Positions 50,561 to 62,619 of a stretch of DNA of 64,000 bases are shown here, one piece after another (within the stretch, counting starts at the first letter, position 1; each line of letters opens with the position of its first letter). The notes below the pieces were generated by a model, which searched no databases, had not been told where the DNA came from, and was given only the letters and a program-made list of their open reading frames with translations. The position numbers and the translations under genes are program-made. This DNA comes from Octopus vulgaris (lineage: Eukaryota): assembly GCA_951406725.2 (NCBI GenBank), contig OX597825.1, positions 31,930,001 to 31,994,000 of the forward strand, read 5' to 3'.

Positions 50561-50725
50561 CTGTATTTTGACGTATATAATGAACCCCCTAAGTTTTGGA
50601 GCTTAAAATTTAGAAAAGGTTTTGTAACGGATTATAATACTATCCATGTATAAGAAATTCTCATATTTTTTTAACCTAATTTTTGACAAAAAAAAAAAGG
50701 GTTCCTTATACACGTTAAAACACAG
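50561..50725. mobile_element. Tc1/pogo-type MITE (165 bp) with TA TSD
   Basis: 27-bp TIR CTGTATTTTGACGTATATAATGAACCC with 4 mismatches, TA on both flanks. Confidence 0.8.
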
Positions 50726-50960
50726 TAATACTAAGATTACATCGCTATTATATATTTACATATTAGTTTACTTTACTTCACTTTCATTTTGTATGTATCA
50801 ATATATATAACTGCATGTTATATAAAAACAAAGAATATACTTTTTCCATTCAATTTGCATCAGAAGGGTGACAATAGTGTGAATGAAATGAGCTCAGTTT
50901 TTCATTACACATAAACGTAAATAGGATAACAGTATTTACAGTGATATTGTGTTTAGTAAC

Positions 50961-51272
50961 GAAGATGCATGGCTCAGTGGTTAAATCATCAGGCTTACAA
51001 TCATGAAATAGTTTGATTCCCAGACCAGGCTGTGTGTTGTGTTCTTGAACAAGATACTTTATTTCACATTGCTCCAGTTCACTTAGCTGTAGAAATGAGT
51101 TTTGGTATCACTGTATCTGCCTTTGCCTTTCTTTTGGATAACATCGGTGGCATGGAGAGAGGAAGCTGGTATGAGCAACTGCTGGTCTTCCACAAAACCT
51201 TGCCCAGACTTGTGCCTTGGAGAGTAACTTTCTAGGTGCAATCCCATAATCATTCATGACCGAAAGGGGTCA
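50961..51272 (+). mobile_element. SINE family C copy
   Basis: colinear with 45975-46309. Confidence 0.88.
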
Positions 51273-51317
51273 TAAGACTAAATGTATTAAAAATGAATTA
51301 TAGAGTATGTGTGTGTA

Positions 51318-52167
51318 TGTGGTCTGATCAATAAGTATCCGGATTGTTGCCATAGTAACAAAGCTAAAGCATGCAGAGTGAAGCCGTTTGGCACAGATTG
51401 ACCTTGAACTCAGCTGTGCATGCTGCTAAGTTTCGACATTCTAGTTCATTTCCGCTGTTTACAGCAGTGCTTGGAAGGAACGAGTGTAGCGTGTGATTAT
51501 CACATTGACCATGACAGAGAATGTTGAGCTGAGAATCTGCATCAAATTTTGCCAAAAGCTTGGCAATACCTGCTCAGAGTTTTCAAAATGTTTTCATCAT
51601 TCTCATCACAATCAAGATCTTGTGCAACTGAAACCTGAGCGTCTTTTTGGTCAGTTGAAAGTAGTTTTGGTGCAAACTTGGCAGACATGCATCTTGCACC
51701 CTAATCTTCTGTGATAATAGACTGAAATGAATTGTAACTAATCTGCACATCCTCTGATAACTCATGGATGGGAATTCGACAATTTCCCCTCACAGCTGTA
51801 CACACATCTGCAATGTTTTACTCAGTTCTGCTGGTTGTGGGTCTCCCAGAATGTTCATCAATATCGACATATTTCCGAACATCTTGGAAACGTCTGAACC
51901 GCTCTTACACTTGTGTGTGGCTCATACACTTTCTGCAACTTTGCACAGGCCATGACAACTTTCTCTGTCATGGTCAACGCGATGGGATCACATGCTACAC
52001 ACGTTCCTTCCAAGCACTGCTGTAAATATCAGAAGTCAGCTAGAACATTAAAACTTAGTAAACATGCACAGCAGAGTCCAAGGTCAATCTGTGCCAAGCA
52101 ACCTCACTCTGCATGCTTTAGCTTCGTTACTATGGCAACAGTCTGGATACTTATTGATCAGACCTCA
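51318..52167. mobile_element. Mariner-derived fold-back element (two 5' ends), TA TSD
   Basis: approx. 210-bp inverted arms starting (T)GAGGTCTGATCAATAAGTATCC; transposase remnants MTENVELRICIKFCQKLG (+) and HSGRPTTSRT...SAKFAPKLLSTDQK (-). Confidence 0.9.
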
Positions 52168-52214
52168 TATATAGATATTGACAGTATTTAGGTTGTAATT
52201 TTTCATTACTTCAT

Positions 52215-52689
52215 ATTGGTATTGGCATCCTTTCTGTCTCGGGAGACAATGGAGTTGCGCATTTTTTTTTTTTTTTTTTTTTCTAGGTCTAGTCCGGCTG
52301 TTATATTTTATTTCCTGTTACATTTCTTGCTGTGGCTGTGTAGTCCTATCCTGGACAAACACTCCCTCTGGCAGGTACTGCAAATGTAGCGAAGACTGTT
52401 CCTGGCTGGTTGTAGTGCCATGGTCTCTTGTTTATGTCTCTTCCTTTCTTTCCATTTCTCCTCTCTCTTTCTGTCACTCCTCTGTATACCCTCTTTTACT
52501 GTACGTCGCCATTCTCCACGGTTGCCGGCGACTGCCTCCCAACCGCTAATGTTGATGTTGCAGGCCTTCATGTCCCTTTTGCAAACATCCTTGTAACGTA
52601 AGATCGGTCTACCCACAGACCTAGTACCCCTAGCAAGCTCTCCGTAGAGTATGTCCTTGGGGATTCTGCCATCTTTCATACTTCATTAC
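52215..52689 (-). mobile_element. 5'-truncated RTE/BovB-type LINE with 14-bp TSD
   Basis: ORF 52308-52679 GRIPKDILYGEL..GRP.LRYKDVCKRDMK...CxxC...RIGLHSH; TTCATTACTTCATA at 52201-52214 and 52690-52703; (CCAATA) tail. Confidence 0.93.
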
Positions 52690-52913
52690 TTCATTACTTC
52701 ATAAATGCACCTTCTTTTAACATAATTACCTTTCATCTGATAACTCTTATTTTACATTTCCCATTTTTGATGTTTGAGCTTCATTAATATTGCATTTCTT
52801 GCCAGCATTCTCCTCACATGCATACCATATATGTACTTACAATATAGGAATATATGATACAATGATATCAAACCACATGAAATACAATTGCCATTTTCTT
52901 TTCTTCTTTGCAG

Positions 52914-53050
52914 AGGGATTTGATCGTGCATACAGAGCTGCATTCAGCAAATTATCGAAGGCAGAGATTAACAGATTGCAACTAGATGATGCACCCCTCC
53001 CTCTTGCAGTAAGATACTGTCGTGCTGTCTTTGAAGAATTAGAGGTATAA
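52914..53050 (+). CDS. DENND4: DENND4 last coding exon GFDRAYRAAFSKL...CRAVFEELEV*
   Basis: ttgcag|; phase 1; ends at TAA 53048-53050; resembles the DENND4 C-terminus (FD.EY..AY..L...D.P....CR..F). Confidence 0.95.
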
Positions 53051-53295
53051 GCAGCCCTATGTCGAGTGCCTGGCTCAACCTACTGACTGACAAAGAACAA
53101 TCCAGCAGTGCTGCTCGACTTTTTCTAGAATGCCCGTTCACCATTCTAAAATAGACACTGTGTTCCCACATGAATTTCATGCAGAGAAACCAAACTTTAA
53201 TTGCGAGATCACTGTGTATTTGTAAATGTTAACTTTTACCAAATGTCTTACAGAATCAATGGAATCACATTGTTACCAGTTTAATGTTCATACTA

Positions 53296-53313
53296 AATAA
53301 ATATAAAAATAAA
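53296..53313 (+). promoter_or_regulatory. Candidate proximal polyadenylation signals (two AATAAA)
   Basis: AATAAA at 53296 and 53308, about 250 nt after the stop; common by chance in AT-rich DNA. Confidence 0.35.
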
Positions 53314-55624
53314 AAGCCCAAGAACCATGGATAATTTAAATCTGACTTGAGTACATTCTACAAAAAAAAAAAAAATCTTAATCCCATTCTCTCTCTCTCC
53401 CTCTCCCCCCCCCCCTCAACACACACTCTCACTTGTCTCGTCAATAACGCTCTTATTTTGAGAGTTTTCATCTAGCAGTGAAAAATAATAATGATGATGA
53501 TGATGATGATATCAGTTCTGATCATTCTTGCTCTCACATGTGTAAAAAAAAAAAAAAAAACCAAACCTGTGACAAATACGGGGGGGGGGGGTTCATTATG
53601 TTACTGTTATTGCTTTTTCTCTTTGTTTTTCTTTTCTGTTTGTTTTCCCCTCAGTTAAACCATGCAGGTCATCTTGTCTTTAATAGCTTAACAGCCTCAT
53701 CCCCCACCACCACCACCACTACATACATCATCCAACTAGTAATTAATTATTTTGTATGTATTAACTGGTCAATTATTTTGACGGTGTTGGAACTGTTAGC
53801 CACATCCATAAACCGTTGTTGTAACTCACTAGGTTAATATAATTTGAATTGGCTTTTCCTGCTTTTCTTGTGAACAGAAGGACAGGCAGAAGTTGTCTGG
53901 AGAAACGTCTGGTCTCTGTCTCCTGTTTGTCAGGATTGTGAATTGTGGTCAAAAGAATGGAAAAGAGGGAAAGTCAATTTATTTTTGCCTCAAAAATTCA
54001 TTTCCTGGTGATGATAAACACTTCTATATGGGGAAAACATTTAAAGATCCTGGTATACATTTGATTGGGTTTATTCTCTTTTTGTTTCTCCCGCTCCAAA
54101 ATATGGTGATTGAAATTGTGCTTATTCCTTTCTTCTTCATTCCACTATTTTAATAGCATTACTCTTAGCTGAATGAAAAAAAGTTTAAAATTTTGATTAT
54201 CTCCCCTCTTCATGATTTATATTTCAGTTTTAGCCATTTAATAATTCTTAAAAGTAATCAAATCATTGGGCTTGCTTTTTAATTGGGTTTATTTATTTAT
54301 TGGGTGATGGGGGTGTTTGCTTCTTGGTTTTTTAAATGTTATTGCAAAATAATGAACAGCCAACACTGGCAAAGAAAAGACAAAATGATTTAGTCTATCA
54401 TAAAAAGTTATAATATATTCCAACAGCCCTAATGCTTGCAAAAATATTCCCATTTAAAAAAAAGAAAGGAGAAAGATAAAAGTTTTAGTAGTTATTTTTG
54501 TATTTGAATATGTATTCCATTCATATTTATGGTTACTCTTCCATGAATATATTGTTTAGGCATTGTTTTATAGTCGGATGTTCTTCCTGTCACTAACCCT
54601 TACTTGTTTTCCAAATAAGGAATTTGTTATTTCACATGTTTCCAATAGCATAAAGTGAGTGGACGATTTGTCGACAGGTAAAATGACAACAACAGTGCTT
54701 GCAACTCGTGTATGAAACTTATTTAAATAACTGATATGAGATACATTATACAGTGATATGATTAGTTAAATGGCTCAAATGTGCAATATCATCAGTGAAC
54801 ACTTACAGAAATGACTCATGCAATAAATATAACAGTGATGTTATTAGTTTAGATACATCTGTCAACACTATTAATTCTGAAAAGAGTTGTGTGACATAGA
54901 AGTATGAACTATATGGTACCACATTATCATTAAATAAATTGGTCGTTTGCAATTAAACCCAACCAGTAAAAGAACATTAAATTAATTATATTGAATTATA
55001 TGAACTTCTATAGTAAATGTCTTAAAATTTGTGATGTAAATTTGATACTAGTCAGAAATAGCTTTTATAGTTCACTTCACTTGGAAGTTATTAGATTAAG
55101 TAGTAACTATATAGAATTACAATACCTGTCTATATGCTTTTCATGTTATGAAAAGAACTTGCTCAAGTTCAGGTGGTGACAGGTGGTAGTTTGAATTTTG
55201 CGACTTCTTTATTGTTTATTTTTTATGCCACTGTGGTTTCACCTTGACCGCCACCACCTGGCATATACTTTCTTGTATGACTCGTGTTTATTTACACTGG
55301 GAGTTGGTTGAATTAACTTAATGAAATGAGGTATGTGGGGCAGCTACGCCTAATACATTCAGTATCATAAGCTTGATAGTGGTGACATTGGGCAGAAAAA
55401 CCAAAGCTAGACAGGCTGTACTGGTTAAAATTCCACAAAATAAAAAGTTTCAAACTTTATGAGAAAATAGAAAAGGCAGTCCTAGAAGCATTTATGTAAA
55501 CAATCTCTGTGCCCTCTTAGACTGGTGTTTATTCTCAGAACTTTTAAGTTAGAAATTCAGATTTTTTTTTCATCTCTTGGGTAAAACTACTTTTGTTACA
55601 GGTATCTATTTCCTTGCCAAATTA

Positions 55625-55666
<42 letters not shown>

Positions 55667-58292
55667 GGTACAAGAATGTAAAACATTCAGACAGTTAGGT
55701 GAAACAAAAAAAGGAAAACACCTGTATAATATTTGAACCCAACACTGCAAGTTAATAAAATATTTGTCAACAATTACAGAATGATAAATAGCAGAAATAG
55801 ATGAGTGCCAAACTAAATTTTTTGCTTTAACATTCTGAGTTCTAATAGTTAGAGCTGAAAGCTAAACTAATCCTCTCTACTTTGGTGTGTTGGGCTAGCA
55901 AGGAATGTCATTCATTCTTAAGGTTGATATTTCACTACTAATTAGATTGTTGTGATTTCACCATTGATCATCTCTTTCATATTTCTTATATTTAGAGCAA
56001 GTCTTTTTTTTTTTTTTTTAACCATGGTAGAATTTGAACTCTGCTGCTCATGCTGACACACCTATCGAATGTTCAGTGTTCCCACTGCTACTTCTTTACA
56101 GTTTGTTTGATTTGGATAGTAAAGAGTTTTGTATATTTGGTAGGAAATGCAATATCAGTGATTGAGGGGAAATAAGCTGGTGATAAAGACAATTTACTAT
56201 TTATCATAATAATATTTGGTACAAAGAATATCTTAGAATGTAGTAAATCATGGTTTTCTAAGAATTTATGATGAATGTTTGATTCCTTTAAACATTTTTT
56301 CATTTTTTTCATTTTATTTTCATCTCAGATATTTCAATACAAAAAGCTATGTTCTGCAATTCTATTTATTGCTTCTAAAAGCATCTCCCTGCAAATAATC
56401 CAACTGCCAATTTGCATTTAACAAGGTTATTTATTTGAATTTGAGTATATTTTATTTAAACTAGGTTTAAGATTTTTTCTTTAATTTTATTCCTCCTGTA
56501 ATTTTTGATTAGTAATGGGGAAGGGGTTAGTTTGGGTTAATCCTTCCTCTTTTATGTACACAGTCACTGGTACCAGTTGGCCATGCTGTTGTTGTTAGTT
56601 CCTTTCAAATTCTGCATGAGCAGGATCAGTAAACACAGGAGGTAGCCAACTGAATACATCAGAGCTAACTCTACAGCTTTAAGATCCAGTTTACAAAACA
56701 GAACAATCACCTAAAATATTTGGTGACCATGTCATGGATGGCAGTTGGACTTTCTTTCAATGTTACTGTAGTTATCTAGTCTTTAGCGTAAAGAATACGG
56801 AGATGTCAGAACTAAAAAAAAAAAAAATTTGTGGTCCTCAGTTTAATGCTAAGAGTTTGGGAGTTGAAATTGGGCTGTTATATTGTGTAGGTTGAGTGAC
56901 TATATGGAAGCTCCCTATTGTTGGCTCATTAAGCTGTTCCTTTCATTATCATTACTGTGACAAGCCATTTGGTGCAGGAGTTGGCAAATATAAAACACAC
57001 TTCTAAGGTTTTACTGACGGTTTTCTCTTGGGAATGGCCAAAGTGCCAAATTATCAGATTCCTTTGTCCCCTTTAAACTAAAGGACTAAATGAAGATGTT
57101 ATAATAATAATTATCAATATTAGGGTAGCAAACTGGCAGAATTGTTAGAGCATTGGACAAAATACTTTGTATTTCTTCTAGCTCTTTACATTCTGAGTTC
57201 AAATCCTACCAAGGTCAACTTTGTGGGAATTGATAAAATTATCAGTAGGGTACTAGGCTTGCTGTTATCAACTGATAACTCTTCTTTTAAAGTCAATGGC
57301 CATCTGCTGAAATCAGAAGCTATTACTATTGTTGTTGTTGTCAAGCTAGCTTTCTTTGAGTAAAGCAAAGTATCAGTGAAATACTGCAGGTTAATTTTTA
57401 ACTGACTCTATTCCTTGCCCCCAAATTTGAGGCCTTGTGCCTGTCTTAGGAATCAATCATATTATTATTATTGCAAATGTAAGGAATTGCAGGATTGGTA
57501 GAACAAGGGAACCAGACATAGTACTGTCGAGAGTATGAAGTTGCATCCTGAGTTCAAATCCAGCAGCTGGAGTTAACTTTGCCATTCATCTGTTTGGGGG
57601 ATCAGTATCATAAAATACCAACCAGAAATATTTTAATAATTGGTTTGGTCAACTGTGAAGTCTCTCTCTCAAAAAAAAAAAAAAAAAAAAAAATTGAAAT
57701 GTGTGTGAAGGTTAGAAACCATCATCAATCATCATTCTTGTTATTGTCATCACCATTATCACCACCACCACCATTACCACCATGTGTAACATTCAGTTGT
57801 TGATCATCTGTGATAGCAGCGCAATTGGACAATTGGCAAGCTGTATTATAATCCCTAATATTATCTCTCATTCAATCTCCTTTCTTTCTCCAGAATCTTA
57901 TTTCAAATTTTTTTTTTTCTCAAATCTGGAAGAAAAAAAAAAAACAAAAAAGCATAAATCTTTCTGATTATTGTACATTTGGGTTTTTTTTTTTTTTGTC
58001 TTTGCGTTTTTTCCCCTCCCCCTATTCATCATCCAGAGAAATTGTTTTTGACTCTTTGACTGATTTGTATCTTGTGTTATATACATACATCAACTCACAC
58101 AAATATACATAGATGCATATCTATATATATATATATACACACACACACATGTATGTATATATAATGCTGAAATAAATTTCTTAGGACAGTAAGAAATATT
58201 CAATATGAAAAGGAATTTATAATGAACATAACAAAAACAAAACTCATTCAGAGTGTTGATATTTTAAATATCTGATATAGTTTTATCCTATT

Positions 58293-58716
58293 TAATACAC
58301 TAAAATTAAGAACTTTTGTTAATTAAATCTAAATGCTTAGTCATTAATCATATTGCCTATGCCCATCACTCATGTGTTTCTCATTTCTGTGTTCTGGAGG
58401 AGCTGGGTGTGTACACTTCATCAGAAGCTGTCTGCAGGTTGCTAGTCAAACTGACTATATAGTTTGAAGTGTATATAAAAGAGAACAAGAATGAAACGTG
58501 TATTATTCAATCTCTGTCAAAAAATATCATTGAATATATTTCAAACCATATTTGGTTTGTCCAGCTTTCTACTGGCAGCCTCTGATGAAGAGGTGTGTTT
58601 CTTTGGCTTTGGTAGTTTATAAATATTAGAAACACACATGTGATGGGTACAGGTAATTTGATTCCTTACTACAAGCAGTTTGATCTGGTTCACTAAAGTC
58701 CTATTTTAGCATACTG
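58293..58716. mobile_element. Old inverted-repeat (fold-back) element
   Basis: outer approx. 90-bp arms align at roughly 70 percent by eye; inner CAGC.TCTGATGAAG also inverted. Confidence 0.65.
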
Positions 58717-59264
58717 AATAGACTGATACATCAGATGTCACATACATACATACACACATACATATACAGATACAGTGGGTATACACACTGTATAATACTC
58801 AAAAATTTTCTTGATTATCAGCTTTAAATGTCTCAGCTGTTTTGTAATATTTTTTTTTTTTTCTGAAAACTTACAACATTTTTATTTATTATCATCAATA
58901 TTGATAATGATGATAATAATTGTTCAACTTACATTTACCATTCCATCCTACAAATATTTTTTGTTGGTTTTTTTTTTTTTTGAGTGAATTTGTTTTATTT
59001 TATTCCATTCTTTTCTCTGTCTAAAAGAATGTTTCAGATACTATATTAAAATACGACTACACACACAAAAACACATTCAAATATACACAAACAAACACAC
59101 ACACACACACATGGTGTGTGTGTGCAATTTAACCATGTTACAATTAAAAAGAAAATTAAGAAAACAAAGGCTTTTTCCTTTTTGTTAGTATTAGATGTTG
59201 TTCGTTCGTTTGTTGTCTTTTAAAAGATTTTTGACTAATATGTACACCTGTATATATCTAGTTT

Positions 59265-60104
59265 GGGATCTTTACTCTTTGAAAGGCAGATCGTGAAATT
59301 AATTTTTTGTAACTAAACACTTTCAAACTTCAGACACTGGTAGAATGTGTCATATAAAACATCTTTTACTCTTAGTGTCGTTGAGAAAAGTTTGTATTTT
59401 CAAAGTTATTTCGTGTTAAAGTTGTCATGTTTTGGTAATTTCAACCAATCAATGACGTGTATTCAGCTGAATCAAGTTACTGCTGTTGTTTGCCTGCAAC
59501 GACTTTTGGTGGTGTATTTTTCGTTTGTAACTGTTATTTATGACATATTTCATCTCAGTTACATGTGCATGAATAAACAAGTGTATCTGAAGCATGTTTA
59601 CTTCATGGCACCACCACAATCGTTCATGCATTTCTACTGCTTTTAATTTATTTTTTTTCCTGCTTTTCAGCTATTATTTTCGGAAAGACTTTTGTACCTC
59701 CCCTACCTCCCCCCCTTCCAATTTCTTCATTTTTCACTTTTTCCCCGTAACTCTAACCCTAAAACCCTAACCCTAACCGTAACCCTAAAACCCTAAAGCT
59801 TAAAACCAGTACAAACGCACGAACGATGTCATAAATAACAGTAACAAATGAAATATACACCACCGATAGTTGTTGACAAACAACAGCAGTAATTGTATTC
59901 AGCTGAATACACGTCATTGATTGGTTGAAATTACCGAAATATGATAACTTTAACACGAAATGACTTTGAAAATACAAACTTTTCTCAACAACACTAAGAG
60001 TAAAAGATGTTTTATATGACACATTCTACCAGTGTCTGAAGTTTGAAAGTGTTTAGTTACAAAAAATTAATTTCTCGATCTGCCGTTCAAAGGCAAAAGA
60101 TCCC
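59265..60104. mobile_element. 840-bp non-autonomous DNA transposon with approx. 280-bp TIRs, 6-bp TSD and internal telomeric repeats
   Basis: TAGTTT|GGGATC ... GATCCC|TAGTTT; arms 59265-59546 and 59826-60104; CCCTAA repeats at 59745-59796. Confidence 0.92.
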
Positions 60105-60474
60105 TAGTTTGTATACTAATTTTATGCTACGTTAACAGTGAATACCATGTTTTGTTTATGTTCCTTGCCCTTTCCCTCCATCTCCTTTTACATTGCACAC
60201 GAAATCCATAAACACTCAAACAAGCGGTTCTGAATTATTACTTGAAATCCGTTTTTCAAGCTGATAAAAAAAAAAAAAAAAGGACAAATAAATGTAAAAG
60301 TAAACTAAAATAACTGACAAACTCTGAGAATTCAGAAGCAAAATCTGGTCTATTACTACTTCTACTACTACTACTACTATTACAACTACAATTATTGGAT
60401 TATTGATAACAAGCACCTCAACGTTGTTACTGATTCTTCTTGAGATCATATAAAGCTATTTTACCATCAAGTGT

Positions 60475-60515
60475 TTATTATTATTATCATCATTATTATT
60501 ATTATTATTATCATT

Positions 60516-60546
<31 letters not shown>
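60475..60546. repeat. (ATT/ATC)n microsatellite
   Basis: visible trinucleotide run. Confidence 0.9.
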
Positions 60547-60552
60547 GTTAAA

Positions 60553-62570
60553 GTAATGAGCTGGCAGAATTGTTAGTCGGACAAAATGCTTAGCGGTATT
60601 TCACCTGTCTTTGCATTCTGAGTTCAACTTCCACCGAGGTCGACTTTGCCTTTCATCCTTTCAGGGTCGATAAAATAAGTACCAGCTGAATACTGGTGTC
60701 GATGTGATCGACTATCCCCCTCCTCCTAATTTCAATCCTTGTACCTATAGTAGAAAGGATTATTACTATTATCAAAGCAACAAGCTGACAAAATTGTCAC
60801 TGCATTGGACAAATTGCTTTGCAGCATTTTCCCCAGCTCTTAACATTCAAATCCTGCTAAAGGCAACTTTATCTTTAATTCCTTTCAAGGCCAACAGAAT
60901 CAAACGCCAATCAGGTTTCTAGGGTTTCATGGTACTGACTAAACCCCTCCCTCTCCCAGTGCCATAATTTGAGACAATTATTTATATTGAGTTCAGATCC
61001 CACCAGTGTCTGTTTTACTCTTCGTCCTTTCGGGGTTAATTAAACACCAGTCAGGCACTAGCCTTGTCACATTGTGTGTGTCGTGATGAATCTCCCTGAA
61101 AATTACATTAAGGGTACACGTGTCTGTTGAGTACTCAACCACTTGCACATTAATTTCATTAATTGAATCAACTGAAAAATTCATAGCCAATGGAGAGCCA
61201 GGCCATTCTGAGTTCAAATCCTGCTGAAGTTGACTTGACCTTTAATTTTTTTTTTGGGGGGGGGCAATAAAGGAAAGTACCAGGCAAATATTGGGGGTCG
61301 ATGCTATTGTCTCAGCTCTTCTCCATGAAATCACTGATTTTCTGCTTAAATCGGGAACAATTTTTAAAGCTGGTAGATTCACTGAACTGTTAGAATGCTG
61401 ACCAAAATACCATGAGCTATTTCTATTCTCCTTTGACATTCCAAGTTCAAATCCTGCTGAGGTCTACTTTGCCTTTTGTTCTTCTGGAGACAATAAAATA
61501 GAGTATTCGTCAAGTTCTGGGGTTGATGGTGTCACCTAATCGCCTCCTTTCAAAACCACTGGCCTTGTACCCATATTAAAACCATTATTATTATTAAGGT
61601 GGCAAAGTGGCAGAATGGTTAGCATGCCAGACAAAATGCTTGGCAACATTTTGTTTGTTTTTATGTTCTGAGTTTAAATTCCCCCAAGTTCAACTTTGTC
61701 TTTCATCATATCGGAGTCAATGAAATAAATACCAGTCAAGTCTCAATGGAGACTAACATCCTCCCCAGAATTGCTGGCCTTGTGTCAAAATTTGAAATAT
61801 AATCATTATCATTATTATTGTTATTATTTTGTTCATTTCCTGTTGAGGCTATTAGTTAGTTAGTTAGTTAAATTTTTGGCTCAAAAAGCAAAATGCAAGG
61901 CCATGTAGGGGGACATGGAGTTATGTACAGGGTGGTGTTCATGTAAAGAGTTCAGGCCACTTGTGGTCAAGGGAGACTTTGAACCGAGCGGTCGTCGGCA
62001 TCTTCACCATCTCGTCCGGCAGCTTATTCCACGGATCTGCAACCCGGACGGAGAAAGCCCCTCTCCTTCGATTGAGATGAAATCGTCGCAGATAGAGCTT
62101 TTCGGAGTGACCCCGCAGCCGACGCTCTGAAGCAGGAGTGAAGAACAGCTCTTTCGAGAGGTTACACTTTCCGCTTATGATGTTGTGAGCAAGAATGAGA
62201 TCACCACGGCGTCGGCGTTTTTCTAGAGAATAAAGGTCGAGCGTCTTCAGCCTTTCTTCATAAGACAAATTCTTGAGACCAAGATAAAATAAAGTACCAG
62301 TCAAATACTGAGGTCAGTGGTAGCACCTAAACCCCTCCCTTCAAAACTACAAACCTTGTCCCTTTATTGGAAACTATAATTATTATATTCAGTATGATGG
62401 ATGGCAGACATTGTAGTCCAGAGTAAAACATCTGGTTCCTCTCTGAATTCAAATCCTGCTGGGAACACCTTTGTTCTCACGTTTCCAGAAGTTGGTCAAA
62501 TAAACCACCAGCCTTTCTACACTCCATCTCTTCACCAAATTTGTGACTCTGTGCCAATGTTAGAAAAATA
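60553..62570 (+). mobile_element. Head-to-tail cluster of about 7 SINE family B copies, with intervening insertions
   Basis: repeated GCTGGCAGAAT..GTTCTGAGTTCAAAT..GTCGACTTTGCCTTTCATCC..GATAAAATAAGTACCAG units separated by ATT-rich tails. Confidence 0.85.
61852..62282 (-). mobile_element. CR1-type LINE 3' fragment with (TAAC)n tail
   Basis: LSYEERLKTLDLYSLEKRRRRGDLI...LRGH...FSVRVADPWNKLP...FK, uninterrupted. Confidence 0.92.
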
Positions 62571-62619
62571 TCAGATGAGCTAGTTTTTGATGGCGTTTCT
62601 CTATATATCTCCATTGAAT

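Larger units (their letters stand above)
3043..53050 (+). other. DENND4: DENND4/Crag-like Rab GEF gene span (5'-incomplete), 31 coding exons, 1824 aa in window
   Basis: Spliced translation carries DENND4 motifs ([99 protein letters not shown]). All introns are GT-AG with matching phases; exon lengths sum to 5475 nt. Confidence 0.96.

Noticed and set aside
53042-53086. Stop readthrough or alternative donor GAG|GTATAA at the last codon
   Set aside because: TAA-G is a poor readthrough context, the C-terminus already matches the family end, and no downstream coding exon was found.
59745-59796. True telomere or chromosome fusion scar
   Set aside because: Short, degenerate, single orientation and internal to a TSD-flanked element.
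59347-60022. Near-identical ORFs MSYKTSFTLSVVEK on opposite strands
   Set aside because: An artefact of the long terminal inverted repeats; not a toxin/antitoxin pair or a duplicated gene.
60553-62570. CRISPR-like repeat-spacer array
   Set aside because: The units are about 200-bp diverged SINEs in a eukaryotic spliced-gene context; there are no constant short repeats and no cas genes.
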